Source: Monocercomonoides exilis PA203
Lineage: Eukaryota > Protista > Preaxostyla
Direction: 5' to 3'
DNA: 64,000 nt
Assembly (NCBI GenBank): GCA_001643675.2
Contig: LSRY02000055.1
Location: forward strand, 62,001-126,000
Numbering within the stretch: the stretch's first letter is position 1; each line of letters starts with the position of its first letter. The notes under the pieces are model-generated. The model did not search any database. It was given only the letters and a program-made list of their open reading frames with translations, and was not told the origin of the DNA. Shown here one piece after another: positions 25,391 to 37,919 of the stretch. The position numbers and the translations under genes are program-made.

Positions 25391-25810
25391 CATAACAATC
25401 CTAATAACAACAAACTCATCCATCATATTTCTCTGCTTGTCCGAATTGAAATATCACAATGTTTTATCTGATACCAAACATCCGCTCCCTCCCCCTTATC
25501 TTATCTTCTCTCTCCTCCCAAACAGCTGCTTGCAAATAAATGTTGCAGACATCATCGCATTGGCTGCATCATCACTTCCACAATTTTCTTCTCCATAATC
25601 AGCTCCACAATCACCTTCTTCCTCATCAGTTAATCTCCCCCGCTCTCAAGTGTTCTCTCAAAAAAAATCATCATTCATTCTGGCTGATTCAATTCTATCT
25701 TTAACTTTTGTTTGCCTTTCAAAAATTGAAAATTTAGTCATACTCAGTTTTTTTGCTTTTCTCACCTACTCAAAATTGAATGACTTTTTTATATTGATCA
25801 TGTAATATAT

Positions 25811-26065
25811 GGGTGATTATTTTTGAAATCATAACCTTTTTCGGGTTGCAGATTTATCAAAATAAGCTTGTCATTGAAAAGAGCTTTTGAATTCAAATGA
25901 ATAATATTTCACAACTGTTTAATTATTTCGTGAATCAGCTGAAATCAATATTCAAATGTCTCTATTGAGGCTTTTCACTTTTCAGTGATCATGTATTTTT
26001 GTTCAAAGGAAATACTTGAACCGAAAATTTTGAATGAAAAAATTCGATTTCAAAAATTATCACCC
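25811..26065 (+). mobile_element. 255-bp MITE with GGGTGATTATTTTTGAAATC TIRs, flanked by AT/ATAT
   Basis: Left end GGGTGATTATTTTTGAAATC, right end GATTTCAAAAATTATCACCC, ATAT on both sides. The internal sequence recurs at 28182-28440 and about 52540-52781. Confidence 0.8.
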
Positions 26066-26475
26066 ATATTTATATGTTAATTTCAACTTATTTATTTTGA
26101 TAACGAGGAATTATGAAACCCTTCGTTTTATCACTGAATCATCTCGCTGAATATTTTCTTGTTTGCTAAATGAAACGATTACATAAAAGTTTAGAAATTT
26201 GTCGAAAAAAATTAAAAAAGGATTGAGACTTATGATAACTATTTAATTCATTCTCTCTGTCAATTCTAATAATTAAAGAATTTTCAATGTTTTGTTTTTG
26301 AAAATAAAAGATAATAATCGAAAACATTTCAGTTTATTGAAAATTTTTCAATAAAAAAAACCCACCATTATTTTGTTTGGAAACAAAGTTAACATCGCAG
26401 AGAGCGCACGGTTCACTTTATGTGGTGCTAACAATCTATCAACAAATTTGTTAAATTCATCATTTTTTGATGACT

Positions 26476-26538
26476 CGACTGATCTTTGTCAAACGACTGA
26501 TCTTTGTCAAACGACTGATCTTTGTCGTTCGACTGATC
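26476..26538. repeat. 18-bp tandem repeat CGACTGATCTTTGTCAAA, about 3.5 copies
   Basis: Direct reading of the sequence. Confidence 0.9.
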
Positions 26539-27704
26539 AAGTCAAAGATCTGTCAATGACTCATAATAAAAATTACTATTTTTGAAAAAATGGAAAAATT
26601 ATGAGAATTCATTTCAATATAATATTATTAATATTCATTGATATTTGAATAAATTAAAAAATGAAATTTTGTGATTTAAAAAAATAAAAAGTCAAAATTA
26701 AAAATTTTATAAAAAAATTAATAAATAAATTAACTGGATTGAATTGTTGTTCGACTTGTCGAGTTATATGAAAAATGTCTGTCTGTCGCAGATGTATAAC
26801 TGTTTTTATTGAATTCAATATAATGATCTTTTTTTTTTTGAATATTTTGAAAAAAGCAGTGAACTGATTTTTTCATAATCATCTGCACAAAAAATGTTTT
26901 GATTTCATAAATAACATACATTTCTTTTTATATTTTTTTTTCGCTTTTTTGTGAAATTTCCTGGATGAGCAAAAATAACATATTTTCATTTTGTTGAAAT
27001 GACGGCTTATCAAAATCAACGAAAAGAAGAACAAAAACATTGTCCTAGATCGTTCATATTATTCTTTTGAGAAATTCCGCAAGCTGTAACTAAAATTTAA
27101 TAAAAGAATGTTTGAAATATCTCAATCCAGTTGAAACATTTTCTATCTTTTCTTTTTTCTGTGTATTGATCATTTGAAACTCTTTTGTAATTTTCTCAAT
27201 ATTTCCCATTCAAATGTTAAATCAATGAAACATGAAACAAAAGAAGATGTTAAAGGTAAATGCAAGTTGAAATTTTCTCAATCAATATTTCATTCCTTTG
27301 AAATGTTTATTTAACATTATTCTGAGCAAATAATTAAATCCAACTTTTTGATGGTGCAAGAAAACATCATTATTCAATCATTCAAAACTTATTTTTTTCA
27401 CAAATATATTTTTGAAATTAAAAAATGGTCCAAAAAAGCTTCGAAAGAATTGAAAAGTTTGTTGCTTATTGTTTTCAGAAATAATAAACATTTTTGATAT
27501 TAGTTATTTATTGGATAATAACTTTTGAGTGAGTTAACCAATTTCATATATTTTAATAATCTCCATTTTTTGATAAAGTTATAATTTCAAAAACAATTCC
27601 CTGTTTATTTAATGATTATTATTCAGCGTTTGTAAAATCTCGATCCAAACTTTTTTTCAAATTTTTCAAATGATCTTTTACAAAAAAAAATGAATGGAGC
27701 AATT

Positions 27705-28617
27705 CGTACACCATTTATTATTCGATTTTGGGAAACTAATTATTCAATATTGTTTAACTTTTTATTCATAATTTAAAACTTATTGTTCAAAATTGGTCAA
27801 CTTATTATCCAAAATTAATATAATTGAGTATTTTTTATTTAAAAATTTTTTGTTAAACATTGGTTTTTGGTTGAGTGTCGAAAAGTGATTAAAATATCAT
27901 ATTCAATCAACATTCAAAATACAGATGAGAAATTGAACCCCGATTTTTATTATTCGTGAATAAACATGAAAATTTTGGATTTTTCAGAAAAAAATCATCA
28001 CCATGGAAATTCGATAATTTTCAAATAATTTCACCTCACATTGTTCGATTACACATTATTCAATCATACTATATTATTTGCATCGTTTCAAGATGATGAA
28101 AAAAATAGTATTCAATTGAATAAACTTTTAAATGCACTTTCAGGATTCTTCATTTGGATTTTGTTGATCTTTTGCACATGTGTGTGATTATTAATTTCGA
28201 AATCGTATTTTTTCATTCAAAAATTTTCGGTTCAAGAATTTCCTTTGAACATAAATTCATGATCAATGAAGAGTGAAAAGATTCAATAAAGACATTTGAA
28301 TATTGATTTCAGCTGATTTGCTTTATCTCAAAACAGTTATGATAAATATAGCATTTTAATTCAAAAGCTCTTTTCAATGACATGCAAATTTTGTTAAATC
28401 GGCAACCATAAAAAAATTGTGATTTCAAAAATTGTTACCCATATCAAAAAATTTTTTTAATAAAAAATACTGAATTTTATTAACTTCGAATAAGAAGTTT
28501 ATTAATTTTGAATAATAAGTTTATTAATTTCGAATAATTAGTTTTTTAATTTCGAATAATTAGTTGACCAATATTGAATAATCAGTTTGTTGATTTTGAA
28601 TAATAAACGGTGTATCA
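27705..28617. repeat. Inverted repeat built of degenerate 22-bp subunits (arms about 27705-27850 and 28445-28617)
   Basis: The right arm has about 6 copies of TTATTAATTT(T/C)GAATAAT(A/T)AGT ending AAACGGTGTA. The left arm starts TACACCATTTATTATTCG and carries the complementary subunits. Confidence 0.65.
28182..28440 (-). mobile_element. Second, inverted copy of the 255-bp MITE
   Basis: Reverse complement of 25811-26065 (e.g. GACATTTGAATATTGATTTCAGCTGATT and TTCAAAAGCTCTTTTCAATGACA). Ends GTTACCC|ATAT. Confidence 0.78.
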
Positions 28618-28746
28618 TCACAAAGGAAAACACTTTAATTAGATTCATTCAAAAGATTTGAACAAAACTCAACGGCATAAGCATATAATAAGCATTCCAA
28701 ATATTTTTTGATTATTTCAACCATTTTCAAAATTAATAACATGGGC

Positions 28747-28779
<33 letters not shown>

Positions 28780-28799
28780 ATATGGGACAGAATTCTATA

Positions 28800-31700
28800 A
28801 TTTGGGTGATTTTTTTTGATATCATGAAAAAAGATCAAAAATTGAAAAAATAAATTCTATTGTGGTATTTATTGATCATAGAGTTAATTGGTTATTCATG
28901 AGTATTTAGCTTTTATATCTGTTTTATATACTTGTTTTATTTATTAATATGAAAAAAGCATACCTTTTTTATGTTTTTGGTGAAAAAGATTTATTGATCA
29001 AGTTCATTTTAAAAAGAGTAAAAAATTGAAAAATCTATCTTTAAAAGGTTAACAGAAATTTCATAATTGGTAAAACAAAATATTGCAAAGAAAAAGTTTA
29101 CAAAGAAGAATATAAATGAAAAAAAAGAAAACAAAATAATTGAAACCAATTTATAAATAATAGTTATTTCTCTTTTTTCTTTTCGTCTTTGAACAGCTAA
29201 CAAATTTCCTTTCCTTTTATTCGTTTCATCGAATTCATCCAACGTAAACAGAAGTAGCGGATAATTTGAATAAGCAGAGCTCAACAGCTCGCTCCTCCTC
29301 ATCGCCCAGAACAAAATCGTTTCTAACAATGGAATTGATGCTGATACATGTGGCAGACCCCAACAGACCCCATGCGCCACCATCGAGTATGCCCTCAACG
29401 GCTTCATTTCCCTCCTCCAAGACGCCTCTCTCACCCTCCTCACATCAACATTTGTTCCAACTCAAACACTCACCTTCAGCGTGGTTGATACATAAATCAC
29501 AGGAAATAATGAACTTTTTCTTGCATTCTTTCCTTTCCTTCATTTTCCAATTTTCACCATTTTCCATATCATGGAAAAATTCATAAGCTTTCACATCACT
29601 TTCAACTGAAGAAAATATCATCACTTATTTTATCAAAATCCTTGACATCAGCTCACATAGAAATATTTCTTCGTCATTACCTCATCTAATTTTTCTTCTC
29701 CATCAACAACAAATTAAGCTCATGAAAAAAGATTCATTGCCGTCGTATCTTCAAAAGAAATATATTCATACATATCTAGTAATTTTCTTCAGTTTATATT
29801 TTCTTCACCTTTCCGATTTCAACTTGCTTGTATCCAATTAGTACCAGAATCTCATATGACTTCCCTTCAAATAACCCTTTTCTTCTAAATTGCTTTCTCT
29901 CTTTGTTTCATCTTCGATGATTCATTAAAAGTGTATCACATTGAGAAATCTCTCGATGATCATCCACATAATCGTTCGTTCCAAATAACATTTTCTGCCC
30001 TGCTCCTTTTGTTTTCTGTGAATTCTTTCAATCTTAAAACGAAAAGGTCAGAATAGATTTTCTTTCCGATTGCATTCCTGATAATCGGCTAATCTTGATT
30101 TGAAATTGAATCTCTTCCTTTGATATATAATTTATCCAGACATTCTATGCTAGAATAAAAAATCCTTTTTGTGCTTCCGAAAAGTAATAAAAGATGAGGC
30201 CCGACTCCGAATTCGAGGGGAGTTGAGTGAAAGAAATGGAGACGAAGATAGAGCAGGAAGTGAGAGTGGAGAAAGTGAGCCAGGAGAAGCAAAATTAGCA
30301 GAAGATGGATGTACAGCTTGAGACAAGATGGAAGGAGAAGATTGCGGTTGGATGTTCATAAACAAAAACGAATTTACAAGTGAAGAAGTACAATGAGAAA
30401 GAGGATGAAGAGGATTTTTTGTATTTGTTACAAAATCATCAGATGAATCAGTTGGCACAGCCAAATTGAGTGCAGAATATTTCTTCATCAAATCCATCTC
30501 CATCGAATTCTGCAAAGCGGAGAAAGATACCAATTTTGAGAACGATAGCTCATCTCTTCTCCCAGGCACGCTGTTCTGACTGAATATTCTAATCCCTTTC
30601 TCCTTCTGAAACAGCAGAAGCGATCCTTTCCCTGCTCCTTCACTTCCCTTTCTGTGCGTCACTTCTACTTCCTCTTTGTACGGCCACCAGCCCCTGAGCT
30701 TATGCCCCCCCAGTCTTCATCATCGAATTCTTCTTCTCTTCTTCGGAACACTGTCAGAATCTCCCGCAGCTTCTTCTCTCGAATGTCGTCTTCTTCGTCT
30801 TCATCTATTCCAGTCAAATTGCAAACTTCTGCTTTCTTCTTTTCCTTCTTATTATTTTTAGGTTTTGATATGCGTTTTATTTTCTTTGCTTTTGAAGCAG
30901 CTTCTTTGGGGTTGTTCATTGAATCCTCCAAAATCACTTCTTTTCCTCATCTTTTCCATCATCTTCATTTCCTTCAACTTCTTCCTTGTTTTCATTTCCA
31001 TTCAAAGAATTGTCAACTTTTTTCTCTTCTTTTCCGTCTTCTTTGCCATCTCCCTTACTTTTTGCAGCATTTTCATTAATTCCTGGTCTTTTTATCGACT
31101 CGTCAATCGGTGCAGGAGAAAGCAGCAGGTTTGGTCTGTCAACAAAAACACCTCATTCACAACAGAATCTCGTTGAAGCTCAAACGCCTGGTAATACCTT
31201 CGCATCAGCCGAAGCAGTTTTTATCTCTGTTTGTGTCTTTTCTCTCTTCGCTCTTCTTCATGGCTGAAGATGGAGCTGTCTGAAAGGCATTCACTTTCTT
31301 CATTTTTCTTTATTTCCTTCAAAGAATCTCTTCTAATCAATGAGAAACTCTCGTTTTCTTCTGCTTTCACTTTATTTTCTTTTTCATCATCATTGTTATT
31401 TCCTTCATAAACAGGCTTTAATGCCTTTCTCAACTTAATTTGTTCTCTTGTTCTTTTTTCCTCTCTTCTCTCGTTCCTTGCTTCTCTCTCTCTTTCCTTC
31501 GCTCTCTCTCTTTCTCTCTTCCTCTTCTCCAGATTCTTCGCATACCGCTCCACCATCCGAAACTCTACAAACAGCTGTATCGCATCAAACACGTCGGGAG
31601 GTAGAACAAAATATTGTCTTTTCCTTCTTCCACTGAACTACTGCCTCATCCTCCTCATCTGCTGCTCTTCTCCTGTCTGAAATCTGTTTCTAGAAGAGCG

Positions 31701-34640
31701 AAGCAACGAGGAGGAAGAAGAATAAGAAGCGCGTGATGAGATTGATGCTGAATCCATTTGTGCACAGCGGTTGAAATAGCATCTGAGGAAGAGAGGATGC
31801 GTTGCTCTTATGCATCGCGCCATGGCAATCTCAGAACGATGAGGTGGTTTGGGGTGGAGAGAAAGGTCAGTTGCTGCAGTAACAGAAGAAGAAGAGGAGG
31901 AGGAGGAAGAGGAAGAAGATGAAGGAGAGGGTGAAGGAGATGACTGAGGAAGAGAAAGAAAAGATTCATTCGTCAATGAAGAAGGAGATGTTCCTGTTCC
32001 TGTGCTTTTGCCAGCAGTTGAATAAGTCAAAAATGTTTGTGTTGAATTTTGATTGCTTTTTCTCTGTCTTTGTCTTCGAGGCACATAAGACGGATTCTGA
32101 AGAGTTGCTTCTTGTGGCGGAAGGATCACAGGAAGCGGCAGACGCGGCGCATGTTTTCTTTTGAAGTCTTCGATGATATCATCAATTTCCGCATTTTCAG
32201 CTCTTTCTTGTGATGAATTCTCTTCTGACTGTTCGGATGAAGAGGAAGATGAAGATGAATCGTTTTCTATGTTTTCTTTCTTGTATAATTTGACTGAGAC
32301 TGTTTTTGATGAAGAACAAGAAGAACAAGAACACTCACCACAAGTTGAGAAAACAGATTCTGTTTCATTTGTTCCTTCTTTTCTATCTTCTCCATTTTAA
32401 TTCCGTTTTTCTTTTTCATCTCTCTTTTCCCTCTTTTCAGAAGCATTCATATGATGATTATGATGATGATTTCTGTATTGATGTCAATGATAATGCTTAT
32501 TTCTGTGACTATGCCTGTTCTGTTTCATTTATCTGTTTCTATCTCAAAAACATTCGCCCACCGGAAACACGTCTTCTTCTGTCAAATCGTCTGTCATTGG
32601 AACAATCTGCAACCAAACGCCGAAGGCTCTAGTGTTTGCTGATTGGAGCCGAGAAGTGGTGGATGCTATTGATTGATGAAAGAGCAGCTTCAGAACAGAA
32701 TTTGGTGTAGAAGAAGAGGCTGAAGAAGAAAATGATGATGTTTCATCTGCATTGCTCCGCAGATATCTCTTTGTATTCATCTTCAGTCTTTTCAATTTCT
32801 CTTCCTTCTTTCTCACTTTTTCTCTCTCCTTCTCTCTCTCATTCTCTAACATTATCTTTCGTTATCCAACCGCCAAGTTATTAATGAATGTCTCATATGT
32901 GAACAATAATTTCTTCAACTCATCATCCGTCGCTGCTGAAAGTAATAGAAGAAAAATGTTGCAAAAGACTCCATTTTACTGTTTGTTGTATTTTTGTTTA
33001 TAAATTCCTGCACTTGAAATGTCCAGCAGCGTTGGAACAAAGTTTGAAAAGGCAGAAAGAGACAACTTTATTTATTTAGGAGCAAGAAACAGACGTGAAA
33101 GTGACTTATTGCGATGAACAGAATTGAGCTATCTGTTCATTGATTTCCCTTCAGCAGGAGGAGGACATCAAAGAAGAAGAAGATCGCCGTGATGAACTTG
33201 AAGACGTGGAAGATATATCAGACTGTGTTCAGTGTGAACATGTGGCAGTTTTGGTAATTCGTGTGATGTTTTAAAAAAAAGTGTCTCCACTATTGAAGAT
33301 GTCAGATGCAAGAGATTCTTTCAAGTGGAAGTTCGTGTCAAGAAGAGATTCCAATTGGAGCTGTAGAGAGGCGAAGGTGAAGGAAATCTGGAGGGTCAGG
33401 GAGAAAAAATATTTTATGACGATAATAGGAGGTGGAGGAAAAAGAGATTTCTTTTGAAAGAAACATGAAAGGATGTTTGCTTTGGATGAAATGCGTTTGA
33501 CTGTCTCGAATAAGGTGGAGGGGAAGCTATCTGTGGATAGCTGATCTGAGAAAGAAGAAGAAGAAGAAGAAGAAGGCGATGGGGATGAAGAGAAGAAATG
33601 TTTAGTGGTCTGTGAGAAGAGGAAGTCTGGTTTCATGTGGAATGAACAGTCAGCTGCAACACAGTGACAATAGAAGAAGCCAAATGCGCAGAAGAGGGTT
33701 CCCGGTTCATTCTTTTTTATCAGCTCTGTTTCCAACGACGACAGAAACTCTGAGAAGCTATCCTGGAAGAGATCCGCAGCCCATGCTTCGCGATCGAAAC
33801 TGATTGAAACAATAACATGAAAAATGATGATTCATATGTTTTTGTATCAATTGATTGAACAAATCAAAATAAGAATCAGAAAAAGGAAAAAAAAAGAAAA
33901 ACTTGAGATTTGACTCAAACAATGACAAAAATAATAGAAAAATATGATAAACCTTATTAAATGAGGAAACGCACTTTTATCTCTTCTTGATCAGAACATA
34001 TTGGCAATTGTTTGTGTGAGTCCAAACAGACTGGAAAGATAAGGCGTTTCAATGATTTCTCTGCCGAAGTTATTCAGTGAGCGATGCGCTGCAGATTGTC
34101 AAAGCACACATTCATCAAATGGCCGTTGCTGTCAACACACATGAAAAAGAGGAAGTTCATAATGAATAATGAAAAAAAAGCTCAAAAAATAGCAAAAATG
34201 AAAAAAATACATTTAAAAATAAATACACAAAAATTATTTGGTACGATAAAAAGAAAATTTTAAACACACACCACATTGCTTCAAATCTTCACCATTGCAG
34301 AAGTCGATCTGTTTGGAGTTCTTTTCTTTTCATTAACCAAGCTCAATATTTTTGAAGCCTTCTTCTTCTTCTTCCTCTTCCTCCTCTTTGAAAATCTTGT
34401 TATTCTTGTACAAAATTAACCAACTTGCACCAAAGACAGAAGTATTCTTCAACCAGTCTTCCAAAGATTTCTGCACTGGGCGCATCCAACTTCTCCTCTT
34501 CTCCAAACTTCTCATGTGATATAAACAGTGTCTTCTTTTCCTTCGCAATCACAATCCCCTTCAACCTGTTGTTCTTCTTCCACAGCGTATCTGCCCCATT
34601 CGACACAAACAGAGACAAATCCAATACAGACAGATTTATC
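28800..34640. repeat. Right arm of large inverted duplication IR1
   Basis: See left arm. Identical ORF translations at 11847-12167(-) and 29266-29586(+), with a constant coordinate sum of 41433 over the identical tract. Confidence 0.85.
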
Positions 34641-34658
34641 CTGCTGATGTTTCCATTG

Positions 34659-34772
34659 CCTCCTCCTCCTCCTCTTCCTCTTCCTCTTCCTCTTCTTCTT
34701 CTTCTTCCTCTTCCTCTTCCTCTTCCTCTTCCTCTTCCTCTTCCTCTTCCTCTTCCTCTTCCTCTTCCTCTT
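34659..34772. repeat. (CCT)n/(CCTCTT)n microsatellite
   Basis: Direct reading. Confidence 0.95.
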
Positions 34773-34976
34773 CCCTCTTCGCAACTATCATCCGATTCAT
34801 CTTCCTGCATCAACATCTCCACTCTGTTTAACATTACTTTCCTCCATTTCACATACAATCCAAGCGATTCCCTGAGTTATTTTTCGATTTTTTTGAAGGA
34901 ATGCAACTTAACAGACACTTTGAAAAAAGCAGATATTGCAAAAAGACTAAAAATAAATAAAAATAAATAAAAATGA

Positions 34977-35090
34977 AAAAAGAAAAGAAAAGAAAAGAAA
35001 AGAAAAGAAAAGAAAAGAAAAGAAAAGAAAAGAAAAGAAAAGAAAAGAAAAGAAAAGAAAAGAAAAGAAAAGAAAAGAAAAGAAAAGAAA
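34977..35090. repeat. (AAAGA)n microsatellite, about 22 copies
   Basis: Direct reading. Confidence 0.95.
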
Positions 35091-36491
35091 TAAGCAAGAG
35101 AAGTATGGATGCCTTCACAAATAACTGCAGGCAGATGTGGTCAGAATCGGTGAGAATCATGAGACAGAATCTGCCTTCAAGTGATAAGTTTTTAAAGTTA
35201 GCAAAATAAATCGATAAAAATTTTAGGAAAATTAAGAAAAAAAGAGATAGAATAGAAAGAGAAAATATGTAATTATCATTGTCGAAAAAGTTTGAATGAT
35301 TTTTTTAAATATTTTAAATGATCTCCTTTTTTCTTAAATAAATAAAAAATATTACAAATGTTGCATTAAATTGGATTACACACCTTAATTTAATCAAACA
35401 TTTCTATCGTAGCCTGTTCTGTCCTGTCAGATTCGCTTTGTTGTCTCTTGTGCTGTTTCTGTATTTGTCTTGAAATCCACGATGAAATCAGCGAAACAAT
35501 GAAAATCAGCAAATCAACCCAAAATGATGCATTTTCCAGAAAACGTTGCAAGTGACTTTACAGATAAATGCACTTAAAGCGGATTCACCATAAAACGAAT
35601 AACATACTTGAACGCACTCAATATTCCGCATGTGCTTGGTTTCATATATTTCATTAATCTTCTTTTGCCTTCTCGAATTTTTTCATCTTCGCTCAGCTTC
35701 AAAGCCTTTTGGAATAGAATCTCTTTCAATGCTCATCTAACAATGCTGTCCATTGTTGCCTTGATAAGATCTCTTATGCGTTCAATTATCATGCGCCCAA
35801 TCATCAAAAAACTGCGAATTGTTGAAAACTTGATTCACTTCATCAATCTTCCTTCAGCCTGGACGGCCAACTCAAGTCACGAACAAATAATAAAATCATC
35901 CTGATATCTCAAAACTTTTCCCAACACATTAAATTTGAAACATTCCCGGAAACAAGCAAACACTCTCAAATAACAGAAAAAATCATCTCAATGAAGGAAA
36001 GCTTCCAGATAACTCTAAATGCGAGTGCTAAAATTGAAATACAAATGTGTTTTAATTTAAAGGATCAATGAAGTTCATGCATGATTAATGAACAAACTGT
36101 TGCCTTTTTGTCTTCTTTTTGTTTTGTTCTTTAAAACAATTTGTTGCCCCTCTTCATGTGGCTAACAATATTAAAATAGATATTATTTTCATATTCAATG
36201 CTAAACATGTTTGATATTTTTCAATTCGTTCAAAATCTCATTCAAAATTCAATCCAGATCCTTGGAATAAATTATTATTAACTTGATCAGAAAGAAATAA
36301 AACTCTTTCTTGCTTGCTTAAAATAACCTGTACCATTGGCTTCTTAGTTATTTCTTTTTTAGCGTTTATTTTTACTAAGCAAAGAAATTGAGTTTGACAA
36401 TCATATTTTAATTTTGTCAATTATCAAAAATGTTTTTCTGTTTTTCATTTGAAATTTTGTTGTGAATTGATCTTTTCTAATTATAGACAGA

Positions 36492-37919
36492 ATGGAAATG
36501 TGTGATGAAGACAAATCCAATGACAATGTTCAAGGACCATCTCTTGAAGATAAATTTTCAAGTTTGTACATTTTTCTATTATTTGAGTGTTCAGCGCTTT
36601 CCGTCAAAAATAAATTTATTGAAGAATTATTTTCTGAACTGGAAGAATGTAATGAAGATGAACAGAGAAATAAAATTGGAGAAATGAATGAAATAGTTGA
36701 TGGAATGAACGAAGAAGAATGTAAATCCGTTCTCGCCACAGAATTGTACAACAAAACAGACAAAATGATTGAAGAAAAGAAAATGTCAATGGAAAAATTA
36801 TTGTTGTTATTGAAGCGCATTGGATATTATATAGTTCTTTTGGAGTGGCCGAGTTATAGCTTTGAAAGTTCTTTGCTGAACGAAAGATTTAAGAAAATGC
36901 CTGTTGATGAGGAAAAGATGAAAAAAGAGAAATGAACGAAAAGGCTATTGTTGGTCTTTGAGAATGCTATGCTGCACTAAATGGAAACATCTCACCTAAA
37001 TTGCTTTCAATCTTTGTTCATCATCTTCTGAAAGCTGCATCGAGGAAAGAGGTAAATAAGGAGACTCAAAAAGAAGTGGAAATGGATTTGTTGACTTTGA
37101 GTTACATTAGCCAATTTATTGTATGAAGATTTCTATTTCATTTTTGGTGTTGTTGTAATTTTTCTTGTTTCTCAGAAGATTTTAAGGCAAAGACAGTATT
37201 TGAAGAAAATGATAAAAATCATTGAATATCATCAGGAGCGTCACAATCTTACCCGACTTGCCTATCAGTCAGCGTGGCGGTTTTTAATATACAGATTCTT
37301 CAATGATGATAGCTTGGAAGAAGTTATTGCGAATGAGCTGCATTTTGGAAGAGAAGCAGCAAGAGAACTGGAAGAGCTAACAAGAAATGTAAATTGGAAG
37401 AAGAAAGAAGGAAAGGAAATGAACAAAGAAGAAGCGAAAGAAAAGCTAACATTGAAGAGATGGCTCGAAACGTTCTCGATTTATTTTCACTGTTGTCGAT
37501 TGTGGAATAAAGAATATGGCGGGATATTTGGCATCATTGTGAAAGTGTTTCGAGCAGCAAGAGAAAGCAAAATAGAAATATGCTTCTGGTGCATTTATTC
37601 CTTTAGAAAAGCAGCAAAAAATAGAAATGTGAAAGTTGATGACTTGTTAAAAGGAGAAGCTGTTGATACTGTTTTGAAGGAAATGCAGCAACCAACGTTG
37701 AATAAAGATATAATGAATGATTGCTTGAAATTCCTTGCGAATGTTTCAAGGAAATTAAAACAAAAGAATAAAGATGAAATGGAAGAAGAGGAAAGAAAGG
37801 GAACGAAAAGGATGGTTTTAGAAAAGCTAGAAGAAGAAGGATATGAAGATATCTTAACAAGTTTTCAAGAAATGTTTCGTTACTTTTTTGTTAATAACAC
37901 CTTATTTAAATATCTTTGA
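36492..37919 (+). pseudogene. Copy A of a lineage-specific alpha-helical (ARM-like?) gene family; frameshift plus premature stop in exon 2
   Basis: Exons about 36492-36561, 36625-37120 and 37179-37919, with GT-AG introns. Near 36930 the frame shifts, and the paralogous LCECY motif reads L*ECY (TGA at about 36959). Downstream motifs QKEVEM, HQERHNLTRLAYQSAW, NELHFGREAARELEEL and KLEEEGYED match the other copies. Confidence 0.8.

Noticed and set aside
26476-28617. 18-bp and 22-bp repeats as CRISPR arrays
   Set aside because: The units are head-to-tail without unique spacers, there are no cas genes, and the context is eukaryotic.
6510-34640. IR1 as a Polinton/Maverick or endogenous virus
   Set aside because: No protein-primed PolB, retroviral-type integrase, packaging ATPase or capsid ORF is visible in the spacer, and no clean outer termini or TSD were found.
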